Source of the DNA: Bacteroidales bacterium | Lineage (GTDB): Bacteria > Bacteroidota > Bacteroidia > Bacteroidales > BM520 | Reading direction: 5' to 3' | NCBI GenBank assembly: GCA_031276035.1 | Contig: JAISNV010000024.1 | Coordinates: 10,446 to 74,445 of the forward strand | Length of the DNA: 64,000 nt | Shown here: in pieces, positions 20,326 to 33,880 of the stretch | How the letters are laid out: the number at the start of each line of letters is the position of its first letter | How positions within the stretch are numbered: position 1 is the first letter of the stretch | Notes under the pieces: generated by a model | Seen by the model: the letters and a program-made list of their open reading frames with translations, nothing else | The model's database searches: none | What the model was told of the DNA's origin: nothing | Program-made: the position numbers and the translations under genes

Positions 20326-20799
20326 ATGAAAATTACTTTTTTGCTATGCGGAAAAACTTCGGAGAAATGGATTTCGGAAGGAATAAATTTATATTCGAAA
20401 CGAATTAAAAATTATATTTCTTTTGAAGAAAAAATTCTTCCGGATTTAAAAAACAGTTCAAAACTATCTGTTATTGAAATAAAAAGTAAAGAAGGGGAAC
20501 AAATTTTAAATGAATTAGATGTTTCGGATTTTTTAATCCTTCTGGATGAAAACGGAAATACTTTTTCATCAATTTCTTTCGCAAATGAACTTCAAAAACT
20601 TATGAATACGGGAAGAAAAAGATTTGTATTCTTAGTTGGTGGCCCTTATGGGTTTTCTCCTGAAGTTTTTAAACGAGCAAACATGAAAATATCATTATCG
20701 GAAATGACTTTCTCACATCAAATCATAAGAGTAATTTTTCTCGAACAATTATACAGAGCATTCACAATTTTAAATAATGAACCTTATCATCATCAATAA
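20326..20799 (+). CDS. rlmH: 23S rRNA (pseudouridine1915-N3)-methyltransferase
   Basis: 157 aa SPOUT protein, C-terminal motifs GGPYGF...SLS.MTFSHQ..R..L.EQLYRA. Confidence 0.9.
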   Translation: MKITFLLCGKTSEKWISEGINLYSKRIKNYISFEEKILPDLKNSSKLSVIEIKSKEGEQILNELDVSDFLILLDENGNTFSSISFANELQKLMNTGRKRFVFLVGGPYGFSPEVFKRANMKISLSEMTFSHQIIRVIFLEQLYRAFTILNNEPYHHQ

Positions 20800-22754
20800 T
20801 GAATTATGTTGAAGTAGATAACCTTTATAAATCTTTTGCCGAAAAAGTTCTTTTCGAAGATATTTCTTTTAAGATTGAAAAAGGAGAGAAGATTGCTTTG
20901 ATTGCCAAAAACGGCACGGGAAAAACTACGCTAATTAATATCATCTTAGGTAACGAACTGCCTGATAACGGAAAAATTTTACTTAGAGATGATATTCATA
21001 TCAACTTTCTAAATCAAGACACTAACTTAAATCCGGCACTTACGATTTTTGAGACCATCTTTGAATCTGAGAACAGTTTTGTAAAATGTATTAAAAATTA
21101 CCAAAAGAGTTTATCTGATTATGAAGAAGATAACAGCAAAACTGAAGAACTTGAAAACGCAATTGCTATGATGGATTCTCACGATGCCTGGAATTACGAG
21201 AATAAAATAAAAGAAATCCTTCATATTTTTGAGATTCCTGATTTCGATGAAATGGTTGGTAATCTGTCTGGCGGACAACAGAAACGGCTTGCTTTAGCTA
21301 AAGTTCTTATAGACAAATGCGATTTGTTGTTTTTAGATGAACCGACAAATCATCTTGATATCGGTATGATTGAATGGCTCGAGAGTTATCTTATTAAGGA
21401 GAAAATAACTTTATTTTTGATTTCTCACGACAGATATTTTATTGATAACATCTGCGATGTTATTTTCGAGCTTGATGATCATAAACTTTACAGATACAAG
21501 AGCAGCGCCGCCGGCTCGGAAATGAGTAATCGTAATGTCGAATATGAAGTAGAAAAACTTCATAAACCCAAAGGCGCCTACAGTAATTTTCTCGTAAAGA
21601 AAGCCGAACGGGAAGAAATGGAAGTGAAAAGTATTGAAAAAGCAAGAAATAGATATAAGGTTGAACTTGATTGGATGAGAAGGCAACCACAAGCAAGGCA
21701 ACATAAATCGAAAAAAAGAATCGAAACATTTTACGAAATAGAAAAAGTTGCAAAGCAAACAATTCGTAATGACAAATATAATTTTAATGTTGAAGCAACT
21801 CGACTCGGAAAGAAAATAATGGAGATTTATAATCTTTCTAAGTCTTACGGACAAAAGAAATTAATCAGTAATTTTTCATATACTTTTATGAAAGATGATA
21901 AGATTGGTATTATCGGAAAAAACGGAGCAGGAAAATCTACTTTCTTTAAATTACTTACCAAACAGATAAAACCGGATTCCGGAAGGATTATTACCGGAGA
22001 TACTTTACGTATAGGTTATTTCGGACAAGAAGGATTACTGTTCAATAATGAAAAGAAGATTATTGATATTGTCAAGGAGTTTACCGAAGTTGTGAATATT
22101 GACAGTAAAGAAATCGGTGCATCACAATTTCTAACATGGTTTAATTTCCCGCCGGCCGTACAGCATAATAAATACGGAAAACTCAGCGGCGGCGAAAAAC
22201 GCAGATTCTACTTATTACTCATACTACTCCAGCAACCGAATTTTCTGATTCTTGATGAACCGACTAATGACTTGGATATTCAAACATTAAATCTTCTTGA
22301 AGAATTTCTGGAAACTTATGAGGGTGTTTTGTTAATAGCATCTCATGATCGACTCTTCTTAGACAAACTCTCAAATCATATTTTCGCTTTCGAAGGAGAC
22401 GGCATTATAAAAGATTTTCCCGGTAATTATTCACAATACGTCGAATGGAAAGTCAAAAAAACACTTAAGGAGAAACAAGTAAAAAAGGAAATCAAACAAG
22501 CCGAGATTGTAAATGAACCTAAAGAAAACAATGCTGTCAGAAAAGCCACATTTAAGGAGAAAAAAGAATATGATGAGTTAACAAATAAAATAGAATTATT
22601 AGAAGCAGAGAAAAAGGATATAATAAATAAGCTAAACGAAATACAAGATCCTGTGAAATTGGATTCATTAAGCAAGCGTTATGCTGAAATTGAAGAAGAA
22701 TTAACTTTGATGGAAAATCGTTGGCTGGAATTAGCTGAAATTATTGAAGGATAA
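20799..22754 (+). CDS. ABC-F family ATPase (two ABC domains, no TM domain, C-terminal coiled coil)
   Basis: Walker A GKNGTGKTT and GKNGAGKST; signatures LSGGQQKRLAL and LSGGEKRRFYL; Walker B LLFLDEPTNHLD and LILDEPTNDLD. The start overlaps the rlmH stop as TAATG. Confidence 0.9.
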   Translation: MNYVEVDNLYKSFAEKVLFEDISFKIEKGEKIALIAKNGTGKTTLINIILGNELPDNGKILLRDDIHINFLNQDTNLNPALTIFETIFESENSFVKCIKNYQKSLSDYEEDNSKTEELENAIAMMDSHDAWNYENKIKEILHIFEIPDFDEMVGNLSGGQQKRLALAKVLIDKCDLLFLDEPTNHLDIGMIEWLESYLIKEKITLFLISHDRYFIDNICDVIFELDDHKLYRYKSSAAGSEMSNRNVEYEVEKLHKPKGAYSNFLVKKAEREEMEVKSIEKARNRYKVELDWMRRQPQARQHKSKKRIETFYEIEKVAKQTIRNDKYNFNVEATRLGKKIMEIYNLSKSYGQKKLISNFSYTFMKDDKIGIIGKNGAGKSTFFKLLTKQIKPDSGRIITGDTLRIGYFGQEGLLFNNEKKIIDIVKEFTEVVNIDSKEIGASQFLTWFNFPPAVQHNKYGKLSGGEKRRFYLLLILLQQPNFLILDEPTNDLDIQTLNLLEEFLETYEGVLLIASHDRLFLDKLSNHIFAFEGDGIIKDFPGNYSQYVEWKVKKTLKEKQVKKEIKQAEIVNEPKENNAVRKATFKEKKEYDELTNKIELLEAEKKDIINKLNEIQDPVKLDSLSKRYAEIEEELTLMENRWLELAEIIEG

Positions 22755-22886
22755 TAACCTTTATTATCAATTGTGTGATACAAATTGTAACTCACGAAAA
22801 TTTTTCAACTTTGTAAAAAAGAATATTTAACGATAATTTCTTATATCTAAACTAAAAAAATTATGTCAGAAGTTCTGAATTCAAAA

Positions 22887-23540
22887 CTAAAAATTTTCTT
22901 TCAATTTAGCTATCGTTCCTATAGGATCTTCAGATGCAAAAACAGTATTTCCGGCAACAAGTACGTTTGCTCCGTGTTTAATTAATTTATTTTTATTATC
23001 AAGAGTTACACCGCCATCCACCTCAACATAACAATCGGCATTTCTTCTTGTCATCAAATCTCTCAATTGATCAAGTTTATGATATGTATTTTCAATAAAT
23101 TTCTGTCCTCCGAAGCCAGGATTTACAGACATCAGTAAAACCATATCAACATCTATAATAATATCTTCCAGAACATTAACCGGTGTTGACGGATTTAAAA
23201 CCACTCCGGCTTTCATACCCAAATCCTTAATTGCATAAACCGTACGATGTAGATGTGTACAAGCTTCGTATTGAACCGATAAAATATCAGCGCCTGCTTC
23301 CTTGAAAGAAGCAAGATATCTTTCCGGTTGAACTATCATTAAATGTACATCAAGAGGTTTCTTTGCGAACCTTTTAATATGTTTTATTACCGGTTGCCCA
23401 AAAGAAATATTCGGCACAAAAACACCGTCCATCACATCAACATGAAACCAATCGGCTTCGCTGTTGTTAATCATTTCAATATCCTTAATCAGATTAGAAA
23501 AATCGGCAGATAATAAAGATGGTGCAATTAAAGGTTTCAT
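22887..23540 (-). CDS. rpe: Ribulose-phosphate 3-epimerase
   Basis: 217 aa; motifs HVDVMDG.FVPN, VNPGFGGQKF, VDGG. Confidence 0.93.
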   Translation of the reverse strand: MKPLIAPSLLSADFSNLIKDIEMINNSEADWFHVDVMDGVFVPNISFGQPVIKHIKRFAKKPLDVHLMIVQPERYLASFKEAGADILSVQYEACTHLHRTVYAIKDLGMKAGVVLNPSTPVNVLEDIIIDVDMVLLMSVNPGFGGQKFIENTYHKLDQLRDLMTRRNADCYVEVDGGVTLDNKNKLIKHGANVLVAGNTVFASEDPIGTIAKLKENF

Positions 23541-23632
23541 TATAATAAATTTATCCGTGTTTCTAATTTAAATCATCAAACATAATCACATTGTAAACAT
23601 TTATTTCCGGGAACAATATCGTTATATGATTT

Positions 23633-25045
23633 TTATTCTTCCTCATTATAGCCTAAAATACTCAACATGTCATCTACGGTTTGTTCGTGACGGAAAACAT
23701 AATCGAAGAAATTTCCTTTTTCGTCACGATCAATAATAACATGTTTCGGCGCCGGAATCAGGCAATGTTTAATACCTCCGTAACCACTAATCGAGTCCTG
23801 GTAAGCTCCGGTATGAAAAAAACCGAGATAAAGCGCTTCCGGATCGTGAGATTCTATATCAGGAAGTAATAATTGCTGATTAAAGTCTTCCGAATTATAA
23901 TAATCGGAATGGTCGCAACTAATTCCTCCGATATTTATCTTAGTATAAGGATTATACCATTTATTTATCGGTAACAGAATAAACTTTTCATTTAATGACC
24001 AAGCATCGGGAATGGTATTCATCAAACTATTATCAACCATATACCATTTTTCTTTATCGTTTTGTTGTTTAGTATCAACAACTTTAAAAATCGTAGCGCC
24101 GCTTTCTCCAACTGTAAATTTTCCGAATTCGGTAAAAATATTCGGTTCTTCAATATGTTCGTTAGCACAAACTTCTTTAATATTTTTAACGATTTCCTTA
24201 ATCATGTATTCATAATCATACTCAAAACCGAGATGATTCCTAATCGGAAATCCGCCGCCAAGATTAAACGAATTAAGTTGCGGGCATTCTTTTTTTAATT
24301 CGGCATAAATTGAAAGAGCCTTATTGAAAACGCCCCAATAATACATACTGTCTTTAATTCCCGAATCAACAAAGAAATGAAGCATTTTAAGTTCAATATT
24401 CGATTGTGATTTGATTTTATTGCGATAAACATTTAGAATAGCGCTTGGCGGTAATCCCAGACGAGAGGTATAGTATGCGGATTGCGGTTCTTCTTCGATA
24501 GCCATTCTCATACCGAGTTTTATTTTCTGATTTCCCACAAGAGGAAGCAGTCTGTCTAACTCATTTTCACTATCGAGTACTATTATCGAATTTTTAAATC
24601 CGAGTTTTTGAAGATTTAATATTTTTTGAAGATATTCTTCCGATTTATAACCATTATGCACAATAATACGATCTTTGCTCAGCTCACCGTTTTTGTGAAG
24701 TTTTACAATAAGATCAATATCGAAAGAAGAAGATGTTTCCAAATGTACATCATGCTTAAGTGCAGCACTAATAACATGATAGAAGTGACAACATTTCGTG
24801 CAATAACAAAAATGATATTTCCCGGAATAATTATTTGCATTGATAGCACGGTTAAATAGATTTCGTGCCTTTTTTATTTGTTCACCTATTTTCGGAAGAT
24901 AAATCAACCGAAAAGGCGTACCGTATTTATTGATTAGATATTGAAGTGAAATTCCGTGGAAAGTGAGGTATTCTCCTCTCAGATCAAAACCTTCCTGAGG
25001 AAAGTAATAAGTCTGTTCAATTAAGTTAAAATACGAATTCTTCAT
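23633..25045 (-). CDS. PLP-dependent Orn/DAP/Arg decarboxylase family enzyme (short arginine-decarboxylase-like form seen in Bacteroidota)
   Basis: 470 aa. N-terminal YGTPF..YLPKI, CYCTKC...HLETSS and GGGFP motifs of type-III PLP decarboxylases. Confidence 0.65.
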   Translation of the reverse strand: MKNSYFNLIEQTYYFPQEGFDLRGEYLTFHGISLQYLINKYGTPFRLIYLPKIGEQIKKARNLFNRAINANNYSGKYHFCYCTKCCHFYHVISAALKHDVHLETSSSFDIDLIVKLHKNGELSKDRIIVHNGYKSEEYLQKILNLQKLGFKNSIIVLDSENELDRLLPLVGNQKIKLGMRMAIEEEPQSAYYTSRLGLPPSAILNVYRNKIKSQSNIELKMLHFFVDSGIKDSMYYWGVFNKALSIYAELKKECPQLNSFNLGGGFPIRNHLGFEYDYEYMIKEIVKNIKEVCANEHIEEPNIFTEFGKFTVGESGATIFKVVDTKQQNDKEKWYMVDNSLMNTIPDAWSLNEKFILLPINKWYNPYTKINIGGISCDHSDYYNSEDFNQQLLLPDIESHDPEALYLGFFHTGAYQDSISGYGGIKHCLIPAPKHVIIDRDEKGNFFDYVFRHEQTVDDMLSILGYNEEE

Positions 25046-25094
25046 TGCTAGAGCATAAAAAATAAAATTATATTAAACATAAATTATTGGTCGG

Positions 25095-25141
25095 CAAAGA
25101 TAACATAATAATTGACAATTGACAATTGAGAACTGAGAATT
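25095..25141 (-). promoter_or_regulatory. Promoter module: -7 box TATCTTTG, 7-nt spacer, four phased heptads
   Basis: Plus strand: CAAAGATA (25095..25102), then AATTGAC AATTGAC AATTGAG AACTGAG (25110..25137). Twin of the pgk module. Confidence 0.6.
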
Positions 25142-25295
25142 TTTTGGATGAGACTGATAGAGCCTCAAATAAATAAAGCCTGTTGTGTAATTTTAACACT
25201 AATAAAATTTTCTTTCAATCAAAATATTTTTAAATCCTTTTAATATTTTCATTCAACAGGATTTTTTTAATTCATAATTTTTAACTCTGTTTTTA

Positions 25296-25967
25296 TCAAT
25301 TCATAGTTAGCTTTACCCGTTCCCATACAACCATTATATCACTCCAAAAGTTTTTAAACTGACAAACAAATGCATCTATTAATCCCATTTGAATTGTAAG
25401 GAGAACGATTGTTACATTGAAAGCCATAAACGCAAATATAAATACATAAGACGTAAATAATCCGAATTCGCGGATATCAGTCTGATGTGCTCCCATCTGA
25501 CTGAAGAAACATGTTAAATGAAACGCCAAGGTAAACCCTAATAAAATATCAAAAATATAAAGATATTCTTCGGCACAGATTATACGTATAATACAAAACA
25601 GATATGTGTAAATAGGTAAACAATAGGGAGCTAATGAAATAAAAATATTTTTACGGTAGCGACCGCTATGATAAATTTCACCTTCACCCTCTCCCGCCCT
25701 AAACGAATGTATCTTTCGAAAAAACATTAAACCTACAACTGTATGCGACAATTCATGCGTAAAAGTCTGGAACCATCTCTTGTTTTTATTCAAAATCAAA
25801 CGTAATATAAAATAAACGCCCATTCCAATTCCAAACCACATATAAGCCTTATAATCCTTAAATACATAGTAATAAAAGGTTTCACCAAGTTGATAGATGC
25901 TGAGAGCGAAAAATATAATCAGGAGTATATATAATATTACTTTAAAGAAAACTTTCATCATAAACAT
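25296..25967 (-). CDS. Polytopic membrane protein with an intramembrane HExxH motif (putative zincin-like metalloprotease)
   Basis: 223 aa, about 6 TM helices, FTHELSHTVVG motif. No further family motif recognised. Confidence 0.4.
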   Translation of the reverse strand: MFMMKVFFKVILYILLIIFFALSIYQLGETFYYYVFKDYKAYMWFGIGMGVYFILRLILNKNKRWFQTFTHELSHTVVGLMFFRKIHSFRAGEGEGEIYHSGRYRKNIFISLAPYCLPIYTYLFCIIRIICAEEYLYIFDILLGFTLAFHLTCFFSQMGAHQTDIREFGLFTSYVFIFAFMAFNVTIVLLTIQMGLIDAFVCQFKNFWSDIMVVWERVKLTMN

Positions 25968-25978
25968 AAATAATTTTT

Positions 25979-25986
25979 CAAAGATA
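25979..25986 (-). promoter_or_regulatory. -7 promoter box TATCTTTG for the HExxH membrane protein
   Basis: Perfect TAnnTTTG 11 nt upstream of the ATG at 25967. Confidence 0.5.
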
Positions 25987-26103
25987 TGTAATAATTCCGA
26001 TTAAAGGTTTGTTTTGATTTCGCAGGCATGAGATTTACTGATTAAGTTAAGAGCAAGATTTTCAATTTAACAATAACTCTTATTATTTATCCATAAATTT
26101 TTA

Positions 26104-26111
26104 TATTTTTG
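26104..26111 (+). promoter_or_regulatory. -7 promoter box TATTTTTG for the lipoprotein gene at 26188
   Basis: Perfect TAnnTTTG 76 nt upstream of the ATG. Confidence 0.4.
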
Positions 26112-26187
26112 CATCTTAATTATTAAACTGCAATATTTATGATAAATAATTAATAATTATAATTTTAACAATCAAAACAAACTCGTC

Positions 26188-26982
26188 ATGAACAAAAGAA
26201 ATTTAATTATTGCAAGTATTATCATACTTTTTGCTACTACTTTATTTTCATCCTGTAATAAAGAAAAAAAATATAAGGAATTAATCGTAGGCACTTGGTT
26301 AAATCTCAACGAAAACGATTACAACAGTTCTTCTATTATCACTTTTAATGAGAGTAAAGCTGTTTTTCAAAACGCTTACTACGTTAGTGAAAGTGCTGGT
26401 TATAGCTGGTATGCGAGCAATGCTTTCGATTATTCAATTGAAAAAGATATTATTACTATCAGTGGGAAAACGGAAAGCGGAATTGATTTTTACTCTGAAA
26501 TAAGAATTGATAAGTTAGACAAAAATGAAGCATCTCTTACAACTTTGGCATACACTCTTAATGAGGTATCAATGCCGGATGAATTACATTCGTTTAATGT
26601 TACAAATGTCGAAGAAAACTCAGTAGCTCTTATCGGTGCATGGAGTTTGGTTGAATGCAACTGCGAATCTGATGAATTGGATGCGGTTTATTATCATTTT
26701 CAAGAAAATAATAAAGTTGTTTCTTACGAGAAGTACAATGGAGAATGGACTGCTTATGAACATGAAAGTTATTACTGCTACGGAAATTTCTTAGGATGGT
26801 TGTATAAAAATTCAACTAATGTAAATGATCCTAATATTTTTGAAGCTTATGTTTTTGAAAAAGATAATGATAAGATGACATTTACGGGCTTACATGGGGA
26901 TATTTCCAGAACCATTATTATTGAAAAAATTGATTTGACGGAATTACCTACCACAAGTAAATCTGAAATTATAGAACGATAA
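26188..26982 (+). CDS. Lipoprotein of unknown function
   Basis: Lipobox LFSSC after an N-terminal hydrophobic segment; no recognisable catalytic motif. Confidence 0.5.
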   Translation: MNKRNLIIASIIILFATTLFSSCNKEKKYKELIVGTWLNLNENDYNSSSIITFNESKAVFQNAYYVSESAGYSWYASNAFDYSIEKDIITISGKTESGIDFYSEIRIDKLDKNEASLTTLAYTLNEVSMPDELHSFNVTNVEENSVALIGAWSLVECNCESDELDAVYYHFQENNKVVSYEKYNGEWTAYEHESYYCYGNFLGWLYKNSTNVNDPNIFEAYVFEKDNDKMTFTGLHGDISRTIIIEKIDLTELPTTSKSEIIER

Positions 26983-27006
26983 TTTTATCAAGACTTCTTG
27001 ATTAAG

Positions 27007-27044
27007 AAAGCCGGTTATATATAAAAATATATCCGGCTTTTTTA
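27007..27044. terminator. Bidirectional intrinsic terminator between the lipoprotein gene and ligA
   Basis: AAAGCCGG...CCGGCTTT stem extended by AT pairs, T-run after and A-run before. Lies between convergent genes. Confidence 0.75.
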
Positions 27045-27065
27045 TACATTTCTATTCGATTTTAA

Positions 27066-31881
<4,816 letters not shown>

Positions 31882-31918
31882 TTTGCAAAGATAGGAAATC
31901 AATTGAGAATGGGAACCG
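31882..31918 (-). promoter_or_regulatory. uvrA promoter module: GGTTCCCATT-C-TCAATTG-ATTTCC-TATCTTTG-CAAA, then ATG
   Basis: -7 box at 31886..31893 (minus sense TATCTTTG), 4 nt before the ATG. One TCAATTG heptad. Near-identical to the rlmH module. Confidence 0.6.
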
Positions 31919-31962
31919 GAAAATTGAAAGAAGAAGGTAAAGACGGACAACCGGTTTCAATG

Positions 31963-32029
31963 GATAAATGGATGAAATAGATTAATTGATAAAATAGATA
32001 AAGTTGATAAAATGGATGAAATAGATAAA
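31963..32029. repeat. Eight GAT(A/G/T)AA hexamers at 8-9-nt spacing, including a 17-nt perfect direct repeat
   Basis: Hexamer starts: 31963, 31971, 31980, 31988, 31997, 32006, 32015, 32024. AAATGGATGAAATAGAT occurs at 31966..31982 and 32010..32026. Confidence 0.8.
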
Positions 32030-32106
32030 ATTTAGTGATTTCTTCGGCTATGATATTTTAATTAACAATTATCATAATCGGTTGATGAAATGTCCAAATA
32101 TTAATA

Positions 32107-33870
32107 TTATTGTGAAAAGTTTATCAATTGTTCTCTGTACGCTCCGAACATTTTCGATTTGGAGATAAATCCGAGATAAACATTATTTTCATCAATCACC
32201 GGTAAATTCCAGGCATTACTTAATTTGAATTTTTTCATCACCATTTCCATTGTATCTTCTTTTTTGATAGCATGCGGTGTAAACCGTATAAAATTGCTAA
32301 CATGTATTGTATCGTATTTACTATTGTCGAACATAATATTACGAACATCATCCAGCAATACAACCCCAACAAATTTATTATCATGAGTTACAACCGGAAA
32401 TAAATTTCTATGCGTAGTGGAAATTATTTTCACCAACTCTCCTAAACTTTGTTCCTCATAAACCTTAATGAAATCCGTTTCAATAAGTTGATCCAATTTA
32501 AGAAGAGTAAGAACAGCCTGATCCTTATCATGAGTAATAAGATCGCCCTGAATAGCAAGTCGTTTTGTATAAATAGAATTTGGCTCTAATCTTGAAATCA
32601 ACATATAAGATATTGCCGATGTAATCATTAACGGCATCAATAAATCGTAGCCGCCGGTAATTTCGGCGATGAGAAATATTGCCGTAAGCGGAGCATGCAT
32701 CACTCCTGCCATCAATCCGCCCATTCCCACCAAAGCGAAGTTTGCTTCGGGTAAAGCAATAATATTGGTTAAATTTATCGCCCGTGCAACCAAGAAACCG
32801 CAAATCCCGCCGACAAATAATGTCGGACCGAAAGTTCCTCCGATTCCTCCTCCCGCATTGGTAAAAGACATAGAAACTACTTTCAGAAACATGACGGCAA
32901 AAAAGAAAATAAGAACAAATATATTATTCTGACTTATCGAACCGTAAATTGAGCCGTCGAAAACACTCTCAACCTCATTATTTAACAACATTGATAATGA
33001 AGAATATCCTTCGCCGTATAAAGGAGGAAATAAAAAGACCAGCAAGCCTATTCCTAAAGCACATACAATTAATCTGATATACGGATTCTTAATACTTTTT
33101 ACTTTTCCCTCAATACTTAATGTTGAACGAATAAAATAAAAAGACATCAACCCGCAGATTAATCCTAATAAAATGTAATACGGGATATTATCCAAATTGA
33201 ATGGAGTTGTAGCATTTGTAAATGTAACTGTTTGTCCTAAAAGAAAATACGGAATTAAAATTGCCGTTACCGTAGAAACCAGTAGCGGAACAATAGATGC
33301 CAAAGTAAGATCAAACATTAGAATCTCAATTGTAAAGACAATTCCGGCTAAAGGAGCTTTAAAGATTCCTGCCAAACTACCGGCTGCGCCACAAGCCAAA
33401 AGCAAAGTTATATGCTTATAGTTCAGATTTAATTTTTGTGCTATTGTTGAGCCGATTGCCGCGCCAGAATGAACAATAGGCGCTTCCGCTCCAACCGAAC
33501 CGCCGAAACCGATTGTTACGGCACTGGCAACTAAAGGCGTCCAAATTGTTTTCGCACTCAATTTAGATTCCTTACGCGAAATTGAATATAGTATTCTTGT
33601 TATTCCATGACTGATATCTTCTTTTGCCACATATTTAACAAAAAGCATTGCTAACAACATCCCGAATCCGGGAAATAATAAATACCATAAACTTGCTGTT
33701 CCCGTATCTATCCAATTAGTTAGAACATATTTAATGCCTTCTATTGATAATTTTAGTGCAACAGCAGCCAGTCCGCTACAAAAACCGACAATTACTGCAA
33801 GCACAATTAACCTTTGTCTTTCAGGTAAAGAATTAAGGTATGCAATAATTCTAATCTTTTTAAATTTCAT
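32107..33870 (-). CDS. ClC-family chloride channel / H+-Cl- antiporter with C-terminal CBS pair
   Basis: ClC selectivity motifs GSVGAEAP and GGIGGTFGP, multiple TM helices, two CBS-like repeats at the C-terminus. Confidence 0.88.
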   Translation of the reverse strand: MKFKKIRIIAYLNSLPERQRLIVLAVIVGFCSGLAAVALKLSIEGIKYVLTNWIDTGTASLWYLLFPGFGMLLAMLFVKYVAKEDISHGITRILYSISRKESKLSAKTIWTPLVASAVTIGFGGSVGAEAPIVHSGAAIGSTIAQKLNLNYKHITLLLACGAAGSLAGIFKAPLAGIVFTIEILMFDLTLASIVPLLVSTVTAILIPYFLLGQTVTFTNATTPFNLDNIPYYILLGLICGLMSFYFIRSTLSIEGKVKSIKNPYIRLIVCALGIGLLVFLFPPLYGEGYSSLSMLLNNEVESVFDGSIYGSISQNNIFVLIFFFAVMFLKVVSMSFTNAGGGIGGTFGPTLFVGGICGFLVARAINLTNIIALPEANFALVGMGGLMAGVMHAPLTAIFLIAEITGGYDLLMPLMITSAISYMLISRLEPNSIYTKRLAIQGDLITHDKDQAVLTLLKLDQLIETDFIKVYEEQSLGELVKIISTTHRNLFPVVTHDNKFVGVVLLDDVRNIMFDNSKYDTIHVSNFIRFTPHAIKKEDTMEMVMKKFKLSNAWNLPVIDENNVYLGFISKSKMFGAYREQLINFSQ

Positions 33871-33880
33871 TTCAGGAATA

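Noticed and set aside
22863-22880. Palindrome TCAGAA-G-TTCTGA just downstream of rpe as a terminator
   Set aside because: A 1-nt loop is sterically impossible, and the alternative 4-bp stem is too weak. It cannot be called a terminator with confidence.
31882-31950. 23-codon N-terminal extension of uvrA given by the track (MSVFTFFFQFSGSHSQLISYLCK)
   Set aside because: The extension runs through the -7 box and heptad module, while the conserved UvrA N-terminus starts at the internal Met (31881). The same logic was applied to the track starts at 20146, 54443, 15781, 43394, 48617, 49025 and 29123.
31963-32029. DnaA-box cluster / oriC interpretation of the 9-nt periodic array
   Set aside because: The best matches to TGTGGATAA are only 6-7 of 9. 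There is no perfect box, no adjacent AT-rich unwinding element distinct from background, and no dnaA/dnaN nearby. It is kept as an unexplained repeat only.
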